Of a stretch of DNA of 23,732 bases, positions 11,087-21,868 are shown piece by piece (position 1 is the stretch's first letter; each line of letters opens with the position of its first letter). The notes beneath the pieces were generated by a model. That model saw only the letters and a list, made by a program, of their open reading frames with translations, did no database searches and was not told the DNA's origin. The stretch is from Octopus sinensis (taxonomy: Eukaryota), in assembly GCF_006345805.1 (NCBI RefSeq), contig NW_021836091.1:1-23732 (forward strand), given 5' to 3'. Position numbers and translations under genes: made by a program.

Positions 11087-11317
11087 GGCGGCGAGCTGGC
11101 AGAAACGTTAGCACGCCGGGTGAAATGCTTAGCGGTATTTCGTCTGTCGTTATGTTCTGAGTTCAAATTCCGCCGAGGTCGACTTTGCCTTTCATCCTTT
11201 CGGGGTCGATAAATAAAGTACCAGTTTCGCACTGGAGTCGATGTAATCGACTTAATCCCTTTGTCTGTCGTTGTTTGTCCCCTCTATGTTCAGCCCCTTG
11301 TGGGCAGTAAAGAAATA
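11087..11317 (+). mobile_element. Full-length tRNA-derived SINE, family A tail
   Basis: Head ggcggcgagctggcagaaacgttagc, B-box-like gagttcaaattcc, core gcctttcatcctttcggggtcgataaa..gtaccag, tail ...gccccttgtgggcagtaaagaaata. Highly similar to the copies at 11984, 14557 and 21641-21868. Confidence 0.92.
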
Positions 11318-11324
11318 TATCGCT

Positions 11325-11450
11325 ACGCAATTGTATAGTTCCGGGTTTGATCCTATTGAACAGTACCTTCAGAAAGTGTCTTCTGTTATAGAATTATATC
11401 AACCAAAGTTTTGTGCATAGAATTTTGTAATCGAAAACTTTGTAGATGAC
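11325..11450 (+). mobile_element. Highly degenerate fragment of the CORE-like SINE family
   Basis: gttccgggtttgatcc...gtaccttcagaaagtgtcttctgttatag...ccaaag resembles the head and core of the copy at 17447. Confidence 0.5.
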
Positions 11451-11983
11451 AATGGTATGAATTGTCCCTGTTCTTGGATGGTTAACTTTATTTGTCGACT
11501 AGTAACACATCAGCATCTGATCTTTGAGTGCATTTTGCAATGATTAAGATATGAAAAATGACTTTACGTTTATGATTAAAATACTCGTTGAATCTACCCA
11601 TAAATACCATTGATTTGCTTCATAAAGAAGATGGAGAAGCCCCAATCGAACGTATTCTCTACCAGTGTATTACTAGTATTCATTATTTTTACTTCCATGA
11701 ATGGAAGGCAAAATATATTTTGTATCATGGTGTTGTGAGTGAGGGACATTGCTGTTAGTCATCATTAATCAGAGAGACGGATGGCTAATGACGGAGGAAG
11801 GAATATAATTTAACCCGTTGATTGACTTTTGGATCAAAGAGATTATGATAACGGTGAGCTTTATTGGTGTTGTTAATGTTGTTGATATGAAGACACTGGA
11901 GAGGGAGAGAGAGAGAGAGAAAAGACAGACAGACAGTGTGTGTGTGGGGGGGGGTGCCAGCCCAATAAAGAGGCCCTATGAAA

Positions 11984-12390
11984 GCAGCGAGCTGGCAGAA
12001 ACGTTAGCACGCCAGGCGAAATGCGTAGCCGTATTTCGTCTGCCGCTACGTTCTGAGTTCAAATTCCGCCGAGGTCGACTTTGCCTTTCATCCTTTCGGG
12101 GTCGATTAAATAAGTACCAGTTACGCACTCGGGTCGATATAATCGACTTAATCCGTTTGTCTGTCCTTGTTTGTCCTCTCTGTGTTTAGCTCCTTGTGGG
12201 TAGTAAAGAAATAGATATTTCATCCGCCTTTACATTCTGAGTTCAAATTTCCGCTGAGATCGACTTTGCTTTCATCCTTTCGGGGTCGGTAAAATTAGTA
12301 CTAGTTACGCACTGGGGTCAATCTAATCGATTGCCCCCCCCTCCCCAAAAATTTCGGGCCTTGTACCTAGGAGTAGAAAAGAATTATATT
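11984..12390 (+). mobile_element. Composite SINE: head-body-tail A | body-tail B
   Basis: Tail A ends ...aaagaaata at 12213, joined to gatatttc... and a second body. It ends in a different tail, ccccctccccaaaaatttcgggccttgtacctag...aagaattatatt. Confidence 0.9.
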
Positions 12391-13758
12391 AAAGAGGCTT
12401 ACAACGTTGGTGGTTGGGTCCGATTGTCGAAGCGTTAAACCGTGAGATATATAAGAATATAATACACGAGGGCGGTCGAATAATATAACCATGGCGATAT
12501 CGCGTAAACATTAACCTAAAAATATTTGCTTAACAGTCCGATTAACCTTCAATTCTCTATACTCGCAGTGATAAATGTTTCAACTTGCCTATATATTAAA
12601 AAGAATGGTAGACCTGAGATCCGTTAGAACGATCGCCTCATCAATTCCATAAAATGCACCAAAATAAATTTATAGGAGTCTATATCTCTACCTCATCTAT
12701 TTGGATAATGGCTGAAGTGTTTAAAAAGATCGTAAATTTGAGTAACATTAACGTATGACTGACTAGGCTGTCATAAGTGGCTAGCTATTCAGAAGGCGTT
12801 CAGTCGAAAGATTACTTAGGATAAAAAGAAACCAAATGATGTGCTACTAGTCTTTACTGACAGTGATGGGGGATCTCACTCGAAATTTTATTGCATATAA
12901 CGCGGTAAATGACTTAACCGAAAAATATTTCAAAAGAGACTCATTCCTTTTTTTTTATATATATACTTTACTACATTCATACAACTCACATACATAAACA
13001 TATGTACATCAACTTGAACATCAATACAAACATAACTACATGCATGTAAAGACGCACATGTACACTTCATTGGTTATCTTTAACCCCTTTGACATGAATT
13101 AATTTCTGCAAGAATAGGCAGCCAACTGCTTCAGGCTGAGGAAGATTCCGCTTCATATGATTATCCCTTCCTCTCAGAACCCTCCATTGAATTTTGTGTC
13201 TACTTGACGCAAATCACCGTCGGAACTACTAATAATCCTCGACCACAAATTTTATTTTGTATTTATAATGAAATCCGTCCTCACCTTATTATGTTCTGCC
13301 TTCACATTCCAAAAGTCTCTATCAGAATTTCCTTTTCCACTTTGAAGGATCTTACTTCATCTCGCCTCAATGAAAGAGCGTGTGATTGAATGCATTAACA
13401 TATCTGTGTGTTTGTGTATTTGTATGCGTGTGCATACATTTGTGTGCGAAAACATGTGAAAGCATCTGCTTCTGAGTAAGCGTATGCGACAACAAAAGTG
13501 CGTTAGCAATGAGTGTATATATATATTCATGCCTATGAGATATCTCTATTTGAAAATCCATCATTCACATTGTTGCTGACCGGCAGGCCACGAGGTCAGT
13601 CTCTCTATGTGAAAGGTCTCATACTGAAAGCTTGTACGAAATTACAAAGACGAGAATGCCTATTGGAAAACCAGCAATTGTAAATACATGCATACATACA
13701 GTCATGACATATTCTTTCAGTCAGTCATTCACACATACACACACACCACACACACATA

Positions 13759-14108
<350 letters not shown>

Positions 14109-14109
14109 A

Positions 14110-14200
14110 GTGGCACTGTATAGCCGAATAGTTAAAAAAGCTCCCTTTGCAACCATGTGGTCCGAGTTCAATCCCACTGCATGACATCTTCGGCCTCGGG
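14110..14200 (+). mobile_element. Degenerate tRNA-derived SINE head (CORE-like family)
   Basis: gtggcactgtatagccgaatagttaaaaaagctccctttgcaaccatgtggtccgagttcaatcccactgcatgacatc..gcctcggg parallels the head at 17447. Confidence 0.55.
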
Positions 14201-14556
14201 TAGACAGAAAATTTATGAGAGAAAGTGAATAAACTAAAGCCATAAAAAATGGGCAGATGGATTGTACCAGTAATACAAAAGTACAGCCTTGACAAAGGTT
14301 GCCTCATACTGAATCTACCTGAGAATTAATTCCGTTAACGGTACTAGTATTTGTGGAATAGATGATCCCCTAATCGTTGACTGCGGCTATACTGGGACAA
14401 TAAAGTAGCCATCTTGGTCTGTAATAACTAGCATGGCCGCCTCATTGATCTAACATTCGTGAAATGTAAATTTTCCGCAGAAGACAACTGCGAAATAAGT
14501 ATAACACTAAACACCATGTACAAACATTAAGTAAACAATATTTACATACATACATT

Positions 14557-14788
14557 AGGCGGTGAGCTGGTAGAAACGTTAGCACGCCGGGCGAAATTCG
14601 TAGCCGTATTTCGTCTGTCGTTGCGTTCCGAGTTCAAATTCCGCCGAGGTCGACTTTGCCTTTCATCCTTTCGGGGTCGATAAATTAAGTACCAGTTACG
14701 CACTGGGGTCGATGTAATCGACTTAATCCGTTTGTCTGTCCTTGTCTGTCCCCTCTGTGTTTAGCCCCTTGTGGGCAGTAAAGAAATA
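14557..14788 (+). mobile_element. Full-length family A SINE with 18-bp target-site duplication
   Basis: Complete head, core and tail. aatatttacatacataca occurs at 14537-14554 and at 14789-14806. Confidence 0.95.
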
Positions 14789-14973
14789 AATATTTACATA
14801 CATACAAACAAATACACTCATAAATATATACACACCAACACCTGGTGTGAGGTGCACCGTGCACCTGCTCAGGCAACGTCGATTTGATGAAAGGAGTAGG
14901 CTAATGTACAGCACATACAATTAATCACTATAAGCAAATCATTTGTGCAGGTCGTTCGGCAAAAAGCTGAATG

Positions 14974-15516
14974 TCATACGTCGTCTTTGACAGAAGAGTC
15001 CATCATACATCTGATTCTTCTTGCAAGGTTGAAGGAGATGTTTGTTTTGGTGTGTCTTGGGGGGCATGAATCAAAAAGTAGATACTGTATGGCGTCTGTG
15101 GTTTTGTAAAATATGTCCGTTTCTATTTTTAGGTTTATTTTTTTAATTAGTAATCTAAGAATGGGAGCTCCTTTTGGTTGTACTCCGTTGTGAACTGTAT
15201 GTTTGTGTTGACGCTGTTCAATAGTCTTTTGAATTTCAGGAGTTTGTGTTTTCATTCCAGAGTATGAAACAGTCGTTTAGAAATTTTTTCCAATTTTCTT
15301 TTATATATGGGGAAAGGGGGTTTCCAAAGGTAGATAAAGATTCGTCGTATATCATTATTTCCAGGTAGCCTATTGTTAGGTTCGCAATGACTGGGGCTGC
15401 TCTAGTGCCCATAGCAATTCCGGATTTTTGTCGGTAAAACCTATTGTCAAACATGAAGTGGTTGTTTCGTAGGATGAATTCAACCGATTATTCTATTCCT
15501 TCTAAACCAAATCATG
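14974..15516 (-). mobile_element. Penelope-like element reverse transcriptase fragment (decayed)
   Basis: Frames join as HD(F)GLEGIE*..EFILRNNHFMFDNRFYRQKSGIAMGTRAAPVIANLTIGYLE...WKKFLNDCFILW / LLKFKRLLNSVNTNIQFTTEYNQKELPFLD / LIKK..IETDIFYKTTDAIQYLLFDSCPPRHTK..NLARRI. These match PLE RT motifs (Q..G.AMG...AP..ANL; FT.E...LPFLD; TD.Y.K.T...YL...S.HP). The catalytic YIDD is eroded to FLND; there are two frameshifts and an internal deletion. Confidence 0.9.
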
Positions 15517-15834
15517 CTAAAATAGTTAAACCTAGTCATTCCCAACATTTTTTATTATCTCCCTTATACTCCCCAAACTGCAACCCCCTTGATTATTGAG
15601 TGGGGTACATTGCAATGTACCGTTAATACGAATGTCTTTTCGTGGCTTAGGATTTGACTATACTTTTTAGCATGTAAGAAGTCTACATGGTGGTCTTCGC
15701 TCCGTGTATAAATTTTTATACACTTATTATATTATAAAAATATTTACGTTTTCTGACTTTTATTACGCTCGCTAATCACCACTGGTATAAATTATTATCT
15801 TAATAATTTTAACCTTTGTATTTATATATGTGCG

Positions 15835-16248
15835 TGTGTGTGTGTGTGTGTGTGAGAGCATGCGTGCATTTGTATGTTTTTAATGTGCATGTACATATGC
15901 ATGTATGAACATGTATACGTATGTAAACATGTATGCATGCATATTTGTTTGTATGTATGTATGTATGTATGTATGTATGTATGTATGTATGCATGTATGT
16001 ATGTATGCATGTATGTATATATGCATGTATGAATGTATGTATGTATGTATGCATGTATGTATGTTTGTATGTATGTATGTATATATATATATATGTATGT
16101 ATGAATGTATGTATGTATGTATGTATGTATGTATGTTTGTATGTATGTATGCATGCATGTTTGTACGTATGTATGTATGTATGTACGTATGTATGTATGT
16201 ATGTATGTATGTATGTATGTATGTATGTATGTATGTATGTATGTATGC
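15835..16248. repeat. (GT)n plus long interrupted (TATG)n microsatellite
   Basis: Direct reading. Confidence 0.97.
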
Positions 16249-16645
16249 ATTCATGAGCATTTCACCTGGGAACTCTGCTTCTTTCTTCCCATCGCTGCTT
16301 ATCTATGTTAGTTTCTTAGTCAAAGTATATCTGCGTAAAGCAACTTCAAATTAGTATAATGCAGGCTCATTATACACTTGGTCATTGGAGAGACTTCAAT
16401 GCTGTGCTTCTTTAAGCTTCTAGGTTGCAAGAGGCTAAGAACATTTTCATCTTCCAACTGTGCATGTATTACTTTTCAATTTAGAGAATGTAGAATTTTC
16501 AGACTTTGGTGTCTTTCTATGTTTACCTTCTCTTCCCCTCCTCTTCTCTCCCTCTCCCTCCCTCTCCCTTCCTCTCTCTCCCTTTTTTTCACTCTCACTC
16601 ACTCACTCTCACTCTCTCCCTCTTTTTCTTTATGCGTACATAAAT

Positions 16646-16754
16646 GGCTTGGTTGTGTGGTTAAGAAGCTTGTTTTGGAACCATGTGGTTCCATGTTCAG
16701 TCCTACCGCGTGGCGCCTTGACCAGGAAACTTCTGCTAATACCGGGCCGACCAG

Positions 16755-16799
<45 letters not shown>

Positions 16800-17042
16800 C
16801 GTGAGTATGTGTGTGATATGTGTGTTTAAGCTTACCTCCATCCCACCACTTTACAACCGGTATTGGTTTGCTTACGTCCTTGCATCTTAGTGGTTTCAGC
16901 GGTTTGGCAAAAAGAAAACTATAGAAAAAGTATCGGACCTGAAAAAGAAAATACGTACAGGAGTCAATCTGTTCGACTAAAACCTCTCAAGGCTGGGTGC
17001 TGCAGGATGGTCGCAGTCCAATGACGGAAACAAATAAAAGAT
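16646..17042 (+). mobile_element. Diverged tRNA-derived SINE (CORE-like family with internal (GT)/(GA) tract)
   Basis: Head ggttgtgtggttaagaagctt...ggttccatgttcagtcc, internal microsatellite, and tail ggtgctgcaggatggtcgcagtccaatgacggaaacaaataaaag, collinear with 17447-17861. Confidence 0.8.
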
Positions 17043-17159
17043 TTTAAAAAATACACCACTACTACTACTACCCACACGCACAAACACAAACACACACACA
17101 CATACACACATTCGCACATACACACATATATACACACACATACATATATAGACAGACCG

Positions 17160-17205
17160 ACAGACAGACAGATAGAAATACAGGCAGGCAAACATGCATA
17201 CAGAC

Positions 17206-17304
<99 letters not shown>
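17160..17304. repeat. (GACA)/(GATA)n microsatellite
   Basis: Direct reading. Confidence 0.96.
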
Positions 17305-17446
17305 CTGATTGGCTCAGCAAAGCCATTAAAGTATCAGGCAGAATGTTTTGCGATATTTGTTCAGGTACCCTGAGTTCAAATCCTGCTGAGATTAATACTT
17401 TACCTTCCTCTTTTGTTTCCGAGATCGATAAAAAAAAAATTGTACC
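17305..17446 (+). mobile_element. Degenerate family A/B-type SINE 5' half, interrupted by the SINE at 17447
   Basis: ...gatatttg...ctgagttcaaatcctgctgag...ttccgagatcgataaaaaaaaaattgtacc matches head and core up to gtacc. Confidence 0.55.
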
Positions 17447-17861
17447 GGCGCAGGCGTGGCTGTGTGGCAAAGAGCTTGCTTCCCAGCCACATGGTTCGGG
17501 TTCAGTCCCACTGTGGGCACTTTGTGCAAGTGTCTTCTATTACAGCCTCGGCCGGCCAAAGCCATGTGAGTGGATTTGGTTGATGGAAACTGAAGGAAAC
17601 CCGTCGTTTATATATATATATATATATCTGTGTATATATATTTGTGTGTTTATGTCTATTTGCCACCACCACCACTCCACATCGCTTGACAGCCGATGCT
17701 GGTGTGTAACTTAGCGTAACTTAGCGGTTCGGTAAAAGAGTCCGATAAAATAAATACCAGGCTTACAGAGAATAAGTCCAAGGGTAAATTTCTTCGACTA
17801 AAATTTGGTGCTGCAGCATGGCCACAGGAAAAAATGACTGAAACAAGTAAAAGACTAAAAG
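17447..17861 (+). mobile_element. Near-complete tRNA-derived SINE, CORE-like family (octopus OK/OR-type; exact family not assigned)
   Basis: ggcgcaggcgtggctgtgtggc (A box-like), ggttcagtccc (B box-like), gcaagtgtcttcta core, internal (TA)n, tail gcagcatggccacag...tgactgaaacaagtaaaagactaaaag. Confidence 0.9.
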
Positions 17862-18084
17862 GCATACAAAGCCGATTGGAGGGAAATGATACGTAGCGGA
17901 TTAGACCATGATTTGTTTTTCGAGATCAGTGTATGATGCATCTCCTCCGATCAATTCTAAATAGGATGGATAAATGTTATTGATGTGGGGATATGCATTG
18001 CGAGGCTATATTCATCCTTTTAAGGATATATTCCTAGTTGTATAAACGAGTTCTGAGTTTCCTTTCTACGTCACCAAAACAGCA

Positions 18085-18377
18085 ATGGAGCAACGATTTC
18101 TCAGAATAGAATCAATACACCCACACCTTGTTATTTTCCATAAGAAAGGCGAGAAAAGACAATGCAGGGTGTAAACAAAAGAAATCCAAAGTCCAGGCTT
18201 ATGATTGGTGCTACCATTGTGATATCTGTTGTAAAATGCTCTCTTATAACTCTTTATTGGATCATAAACGTATTCATACAACAGACAAAACCATACCATT
18301 GTGATACCTGCGGTAAAACTTTCACCATAAGGGAATCACAAATGAAAATATACTGCAAAAAGGCTCTATTACCGTGA
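18085..18377 (+). pseudogene. Frameshifted C2H2 zinc-finger gene relic
   Basis: 18212-18289 reads YHCDICCKMLSYNSLLDHKRIHTTDK (C-x2-C-x11-H-x3-H, one residue short). After a +1 A it reads PYHCDTCGKTF and then loses the pattern. YHCDICGK..HKRIHTGEKPY is the typical unit of the expanded octopus C2H2 family. The ATG at 18085 is in a third frame and is tentative. Confidence 0.75.
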
Positions 18378-18413
18378 AATCATTTCTTTCCAACAGCCTA
18401 TTAAAAACACGGA

Positions 18414-18445
<32 letters not shown>

Positions 18446-18470
18446 ACAAAATATTTATCGGTGAATTGTA

Positions 18471-18525
18471 TACTCTTTTACTCTTTTACTCTTTTACTTG
18501 TTTCAGCCATCCGACTGAGGCCATG
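18471..18525 (-). mobile_element. 3' tail fragment of the CORE-like SINE family
   Basis: (ctcttta/ctctttta)-type repeats plus cttgtttcagccatccgactgaggccatg = reverse complement of the tail at 17815-17861. Confidence 0.75.
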
Positions 18526-19092
18526 AGTAATTTTATTGTTTTTCAGGAAGGTGATGTCATTAATAAACACGGGTACGGGTACTGTTTGCATTTCACTTTA
18601 TTATTCGTCGATTCGTTGGCTATTTAAGCAATTAACTAATCAATTGTTATGTTTATTAAAGTTCATTTGGCGCCATTTTCTTAAAAATTAGTTTTTTTAA
18701 ATATTGAAAATAATCACGATATTACAAATAACCACTCATGTGTCCAAGCCACGATGCAATAACGAAACAAAGGCCATATTTATGCCGTTGTCTAATTTGA
18801 CTAGAGAATTCTGATTGCTGAGAGACTATACATTGAGAAGGTTATACAGAGAAGCCATATGAAAGTGTATGAAATACGATACGCTTATTAATGGCGGAAA
18901 TATTTCGAAAGAATCACCTGTATATGATAAGATAAGAGAATACGTATCTACAGAATAATTACACTATTCACAATATATGATGAGCTTATATATGTAAGCT
19001 ATACATTCTTTTGTGTTTGTGTGTGCATGTGTATTTTGCACATTTCCTTCGCTTAAAATGTAAATGCATACATACTTACACGCAAACACACA

Positions 19093-19195
19093 CATACATG
19101 CATACATACATACATACATACATACATACATACATACATACATACATACATACATACATACATACATGCATACATACATGCATACATACATACAT
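19093..19195. repeat. (TACA)n microsatellite
   Basis: Direct reading. Confidence 0.96.
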
Positions 19196-19694
19196 AACAG
19201 GCCAGATATTGTTGTTTCGGACAGGCAAAAAAAGAACAATGCAATTATTGGAGCAAAAGATCATCATATATATATATATGGAGTAACTTTAAATTACGGA
19301 AATGAACGTACAATTTCTCGTAAGTCAGGCCGTCTCATGGTCCTAGTAAACAAAATGGAAAAGGCGATGCCCCAGAGGATGGTGAGGTTAGATGCGCTGG
19401 AAAAAATACGCTCCGTCATAAATGTCGGCTACCCTGCTGATATGATTATCTCTACGAGAAAGAGAATATCTACAGATAACTGCTTCGAAACATCCAGCCT
19501 CTATACTCAGATGATAATTCACATTTATACCAATAATAGATGGTGCACTCTTTCCTTCGATTAAAATTTAATGTAAAGGATGCTAGCTGCACCCATCCAG
19601 TGCGGGGACCTTTCATTTTGTAATAAGCTGATAAAACACGACTGTCTTGTTCAGTTATCGGCTGAACGATACGAGGGAATTTCGCTGCTGCTAG

Positions 19695-19790
19695 TTTTCT
19701 ACGCATGCGCATGAGGGAACTTCCGGCAGGCCGCCCGGAAGACTCCAACTCTGCGAATGCGTGCTGGAGATTTCCAAGATGGCGTCACTA
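19695..19790 (+). promoter_or_regulatory. CpG-rich Pol II housekeeping-type promoter motif cluster (NRF1-like, paired ETS, YY1-like)
   Basis: acgcatgcgcat at 19701-19712 (NRF1-like), acttccgg at 19719-19726 and ccggaag at 19735-19741 (inverted ETS pair), caagatggcg at 19775-19784 (YY1-like). All lie within 85 bp of locally high-GC, CpG-rich DNA in an AT-rich background. Confidence 0.6.
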
Positions 19791-20689
19791 CAAGCTTAAG
19801 TGACAAGCAACCAGTTAACTCGAACATTACAAATACATCTGTATGCGGAAGACTTTTCTTAAGTTGAAAATGGGAATATGATTTTTATATCTACATTCCA
19901 ATGATGGAGTTTTGTATCTTTGTTAGAAACCAGCGCCTTCTTTACAGAAAGATATCAACTAATTACAAATATAAGACAACCTACTTATGTACATACATAC
20001 ATACATACATACATACATTACATACATACATACATTCATACATAGTAGCCTACCTGCTGGTCTGTTGGTATTTGATAATATTTCTGAGCTATAAGGAAAC
20101 CTTATATATGAGAGGCTGCCGTTGAATCCAGGGAAAATTTATCTCTCATCTACTTTACGCTCTTGAATTCATATCTAACTGCAATTATTCTTTATATCCT
20201 TTCAGAAATAAGGAAGGATTTAGGTCCATTATCTACATGTGTGTTTAAACAGTTGCTAAACATCTCTTTGCTTGTATAAGGAGTAAAGCTCAAATCTAGC
20301 GAATTAACCTAAAGTATAGTTTGAAGAATATCGATGAATTTAAATGCTGTAGGGAATGAAAAGTTTGAAGGACAGAACAAAACAAATTTTCCACCTTCAC
20401 TGTAATGAAATATTTTAATATTCTATAAACTTCCTTTCATTTGTGTATATTTAGCTGGAAACATGCTATTATTGTTGATTCGTTCGTACTTTCTGATGAA
20501 TCTCGCCAGACTAGTGTGAAGTTACGATGAAACAATGGTAAACAGTAATGGGTTGACCTTTCTGCCTCTTTAATTACCATCGTCAAATTGGACGGGGTTT
20601 CTTATTTTCAATATCAGAAATAGTATTATACAAATATGTATTTTTACTAAGTTGTTCTAATACAAATGTAGTTATAAATAATTCTTTCT

Positions 20690-21395
20690 TTCTATTATAA
20701 GCACAAGGCCTGAAATTGGGGAAGAGGGGGAAAATCGATTACATTGACCCCAGTGTTCGGCTGGTACTTATTTTATCGACCCCGAAAGACTGAAAAGCAA
20801 AGTCGGCCACGGCTGAATTTGAACTCACAACGTAAAGAAAGATTAAATGCCTGTAAGCATTTTGCCCGGCGTCTTAATGATTCTGCCAGCTCGCCTCCTT
20901 ACTGTTGCTATAAATAATGGTTCCAAATTTTGCTACAAGGGCAGCAAATTGGGGGGAAGGGATTAGTACTTATTTTATCGACCCCGAAAGACTGAAAAGC
21001 AAAGTCGGCCACGGCTGAATTTGAACTCACAACGTAAAGAAAGATTAAATGCCTGTAAGCATTTTGCCCGGCGTCTTAATTATTCTGCCAGCTCGCCTCC
21101 TTACTGTTGCTATAAATAATGGTTCCAAATTTTGCTACAAGGGCAGCAAATTGGGGGGAAGGGATTAGTACTTATTTTATCGACCCCGAAAGACTGAAAA
21201 GCAAAGTCGGCCACGGCTGAATTTGAACTCACAACGTAAAGAAAGATTAAATGCCTGTAAGCATTTTGCCCGGCGTCTTAATGATTCTGCCAGCTCGCCT
21301 CCTTACTGTTGCTATAAATAATGGTTCCAAATTTTGCTACAAGGGCAGCAAATTGGGGGGAAGGGATTAGTACTTATTTTATCGAACCCGAAAGA
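20690..21395 (-). repeat. 202-bp SINE-derived tandem triplication ending in a full tail-B SINE end
   Basis: cccgaaaga recurs at 20781, 20983, 21185 and 21387 (period 202). Units are essentially identical (atgattctg vs attattctg). Each contains SINE head, core, a truncated tail B and the spacer tatagcaacagtaagg. Confidence 0.95.
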
Positions 21396-21868
21396 TAAAA
21401 GGCAAAGTCGATCTCGGCGGAATTTGAACTCAGAACGTAGCGACGGGCGAAATACCTATTTCTTTACTACTCACATGCAGACATACACAGAGGGGGCAAA
21501 CAAGGACAGAAAAACAGATTAAGTCGATTATATCGACCCCAGTGCGTAACTGGTACTAATTTAATCGATCACGAAAGGATGAAAGGCAAAGTCGACCTCG
21601 GCGGAATTTGAACTCAGAACGTAGCGACGGGCGAAATACCTATTTCTTTAATACCCACAAGGGGCTAAACACAGAGGGAACAAACAAGGACAGGCAAACG
21701 GATTAAGTCGATTATATCGACCCCAGTGCGTAACTGGTACTTATTTAATCCACCCCGAAAGGATGAAAGGCAAAGTCGACCTCGGCGGAATTTGAACTCA
21801 GAACGTAGTGACGGGCGAAATACCGCTAAGCATTTCGTCCAGCGCGCTAACGATTCAGCCAGCTCACC
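21320..21868 (-). mobile_element. Composite SINE trimer: head-body-tail A | body-tail A | body-tail B
   Basis: On the minus strand, aaagaaata|ggtatttcg junctions at 21641/21640 and 21457/21456 (184 bp apart). Single head aaggtgagctggctgaatcgttagc at about 21845-21868. Confidence 0.92.

Noticed and set aside
11087-11175. tRNA-like A/B boxes in the SINE heads
   Set aside because: No cloverleaf or acceptor stem is evident and each continues into SINE core and tail; not called as tRNA genes.
10952-12189. ORFs containing ELAETLARR...SEFKFRRGRLCLSSFRGR
   Set aside because: These are SINE translations, not genes.
12463-12520. tacacgagggcgg resembling a mariner-type TIR start
   Set aside because: No matching inverted partner was found in the window.
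16378-16890. 170-aa plus-strand ORF
   Set aside because: Runs through a CT-rich tract, a SINE and a (GT)n repeat; no domain.
19064-19564. 166-aa ORF whose unique half includes MEKAMPQRM followed by a GTGAGG donor-like site
   Set aside because: The N-terminus is microsatellite, the remainder has no recognisable family, and there is no convincing acceptor; left uncalled.
20764-21395. Regular repeats as a possible CRISPR array
   Set aside because: Eukaryotic context, 202-bp units and identical spacers; it is a SINE-derived tandem duplication.
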